This document shows, piece by piece, positions 62,366-64,000 of a stretch of DNA of 64,000 nt. How positions within the stretch are numbered: position 1 is the first letter of the stretch; the number at the start of each line of letters is the position of its first letter. Under the pieces are notes generated by a model. The model saw nothing but the letters and a program-made list of their open reading frames with translations, was not told the DNA's origin and did no database searches. Origin of the DNA: Acidobacteriota bacterium. Lineage in GTDB: Bacteria > Acidobacteriota > Thermoanaerobaculia > UBA5066 > Gp7-AA6. Position numbers and translations under genes: made by a program. The DNA lies in contig JBDTOO010000005.1 of assembly GCA_039933215.1 (NCBI GenBank), forward strand, positions 22,990 through 86,989, given 5' to 3'.

Positions 62366-64000
62366 ATGACATTGCCCTCCGGGACGCGGCTTGGCCCCTA
62401 CGAAATCCTCGCCCCGCTCGGTGCGGGTGGCATGGGCGAGGTCTACCGGGCACACGACACGCGCCTCGTGCGAGAGGTCGCCATCAAGGTCCTGCCGGAC
62501 GAGTTCGTCCCCGACGCGTCTCGCCTCAAGCGTTTCGAGATCGAGGCGCGCGCGGCTTCCGCCCTGAATCACCCGAACATCGTCACGGTCTACGACATCG
62601 GCACTTCGAATTCGATCTCCTACATCGCGATGGAGCGCGTCGAGGGCGAGACCCTGAGAAAGCTCATCGAGGGCGGTCTTCGACTGCGGAGGATGCTTTC
62701 CATCGCGGCACAGATCGGCGACGGTCTGGCGAAGGCTCATGAGGTCGGGATCGTTCACCGGGACCTGAAGCCCGAGAACGTGATGGTGACGAAAGAGGGG
62801 CTCGTCAAGATCCTGGATTTCGGCCTCGCGAAGCTGACCCGAGCGGGTGTCGGAAGCGACGAGGGAGCGTATCTGCTCACGGAGAGCCTCACGGGCCCGG
62901 GTGTGTTGATGGGAACGATCGGCTACATGTCTCCCGAGCATGCGAGCGGCGGGGTGCTGGACTTTCGGTCCGACCAGTTTGCGTTCGGCTCGATCCTCTA
63001 CGAGATGGTGAGCGGCAAGCGGGCGTTTCAGAAGAAGACGGGCGTCGAAACCCTGGCGTCGATCCTCAACGAAGACCCTCCGCCCCTTTCCGCCGCAGCT
63101 CCGAATGCGCCCGCACCCTTGAGATGGATCGTCGAGCGCTGTCTCGCCAAGAGCCCCGGTGAACGTTACGCGGCGACTCGGGATCTGGCGCGAGACCTCG
63201 CCACGCTCAAGGACCACGTGGCGGACATCAGCTCCGACGGGCTCCGGCCGGTGAGCCCTGCCAGTCGGGCTCCCGCCCGCCGCGGCCGGCGCGGCGCTCT
63301 TCTCGGCGCTCTGGGTATCGTGGCTGTGGGAGCGGGAGTCCTGCTGGCGCCCTGGCTCAAGCGGAGCGGAAGAGAGGAGCTGCCGACCTGGAGCCAGGTC
63401 GGGTTCCGGCGCGGCGTGGTCTGGTCCGGGCGTTTTGCGCCCGACGGCCAGACAATCGTCTACAGCGCGTCCTGGGATAGCGACCCGATGCGCCTGTTCT
63501 CGACGCGCCCGGGATCCAGCGAGACCCGCACCCTCGACCTGCCGCCGGCCAAGCTCCTCGCCATCTCGCCGTCGAGCGAAATCGCCTTTCTCCGCGATCC
63601 CCGTTTCTTCACCTTCTCCTACCAGCCCGGCACTCTCGTGAGGGCCGGGCTGGAAGGGGGGACGGGAAGGGACGTCCTCGAAAACGTCGTGACCGCGGAC
63701 TGGTCTCCTGACGGCACGCAACTGGCCGTCGCCCGCGATGTCGGCGGAAAGACCCGGCTGGAATACCCCCTCGGCAAGAAGATCTACGAGACCGACCAGA
63801 GGATCAGCAACCTGAGGATTTCCCGGGACGGTAACTGGATCGCCTTCATGCAGCAGGGGATATCCGTCGTGGCCGTCCGGGCGTTGGATGGTCTGAAACG
63901 AGTTCTGTGGGAGGGGGAGTTTTCCGGCGCATCGGGACTCGCGTGGTCAGCGGACGGACGGGAGATCTGGTTTACACCACAGAAACAGGTTCGCGACAGC
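62366..64000 (+). CDS. Ser/Thr protein kinase with C-terminal TM segment and TolB-like beta-propeller (3' end outside window)
   Basis: GPYEILAPLGAGGMGEVYRAHDTRLVREVAIKVL (Gly loop and VAIK), HRDLKPEN, DFGLA, GTIGYMSPE. TM segment ALLGALGIVAVGAGVLLA, then TolB-like ...DGQTIVYSASWDSD.... No stop before 64000. Confidence 0.85.
   Translation, partial: MTLPSGTRLGPYEILAPLGAGGMGEVYRAHDTRLVREVAIKVLPDEFVPDASRLKRFEIEARAASALNHPNIVTVYDIGTSNSISYIAMERVEGETLRKLIEGGLRLRRMLSIAAQIGDGLAKAHEVGIVHRDLKPENVMVTKEGLVKILDFGLAKLTRAGVGSDEGAYLLTESLTGPGVLMGTIGYMSPEHASGGVLDFRSDQFAFGSILYEMVSGKRAFQKKTGVETLASILNEDPPPLSAAAPNAPAPLRWIVERCLAKSPGERYAATRDLARDLATLKDHVADISSDGLRPVSPASRAPARRGRRGALLGALGIVAVGAGVLLAPWLKRSGREELPTWSQVGFRRGVVWSGRFAPDGQTIVYSASWDSDPMRLFSTRPGSSETRTLDLPPAKLLAISPSSEIAFLRDPRFFTFSYQPGTLVRAGLEGGTGRDVLENVVTADWSPDGTQLAVARDVGGKTRLEYPLGKKIYETDQRISNLRISRDGNWIAFMQQGISVVAVRALDGLKRVLWEGEFSGASGLAWSADGREIWFTPQKQVRDS

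Noticed and set aside
62342-63721. 459-aa minus-strand ORF at the right end of the window
   Set aside because: Antisense to the Ser/Thr kinase gene, whose plus-strand translation carries all canonical Hanks motifs.

Overview
The window is 64 kb of high-GC (about 70%) bacterial chromosome that is densely coding on both strands. Gene content suggests an Acidobacteriota-like organism: TonB-dependent receptor-like proteins with carboxypeptidase-regulatory N-domains, a Ser/Thr kinase with a TolB-like propeller, Sel1, HEAT and DUF2911 proteins. This taxonomic guess is inference only. Because of the GC content, most long ORFs in the six-frame track are antisense artefacts; genes were called only where the translation is a recognisable family or has clear signal-peptide or RBS context.

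Content in order along the window:
- 3' end of an EAL c-di-GMP phosphodiesterase.
- PhzF-family isomerase.
- DHA2-type MFS transporter.
- A complete, translationally coupled periplasmic aldehyde oxidoreductase cluster (paoABC-like subunits, an XdhC chaperone and a MocA-like cytidylyltransferase).
- DUF2911, DUF885 and DUF5916 proteins.
- AI-2E transporter.
- Formamidase, oligopeptidase B, CocE/NonD and S9 peptidases, an S1 protease, an amidase and an amidohydrolase. Most of these appear to be secreted.
- A stand-alone NRPS-like gene pair (adenylation+PCP, then condensation+PCP).
- ABC-2 exporter.
- Rhodanese plus DoxX/MauE pair.
- ATP-grasp plus MetB/C-like PLP enzyme pair.
- arfB.

The most unusual region is at 55.0-64.0 kb:
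- Three adjacent secreted genes on the minus strand (a BNR/Asp-box propeller, a Vgb-like propeller and a truncated copy) plus a degenerate DNA remnant.
- A fourth full-length gene at 0.4-1.2 kb with the same feature.
- All four share a roughly 100-aa cysteine-containing C-terminal domain of no recognised family, ending ...QDT..F..CP.
- The cluster sits beside a divergently transcribed OmpR-type winged-helix/FHA regulator, a TonB-dependent receptor-like protein and the Ser/Thr kinase.

Two families of intergenic repeats occur at several loci: a roughly 170-bp palindromic element, and a roughly 60-bp hairpin element that includes one 3-unit tandem array. No rRNA, tRNA, CRISPR array or transposase was found.
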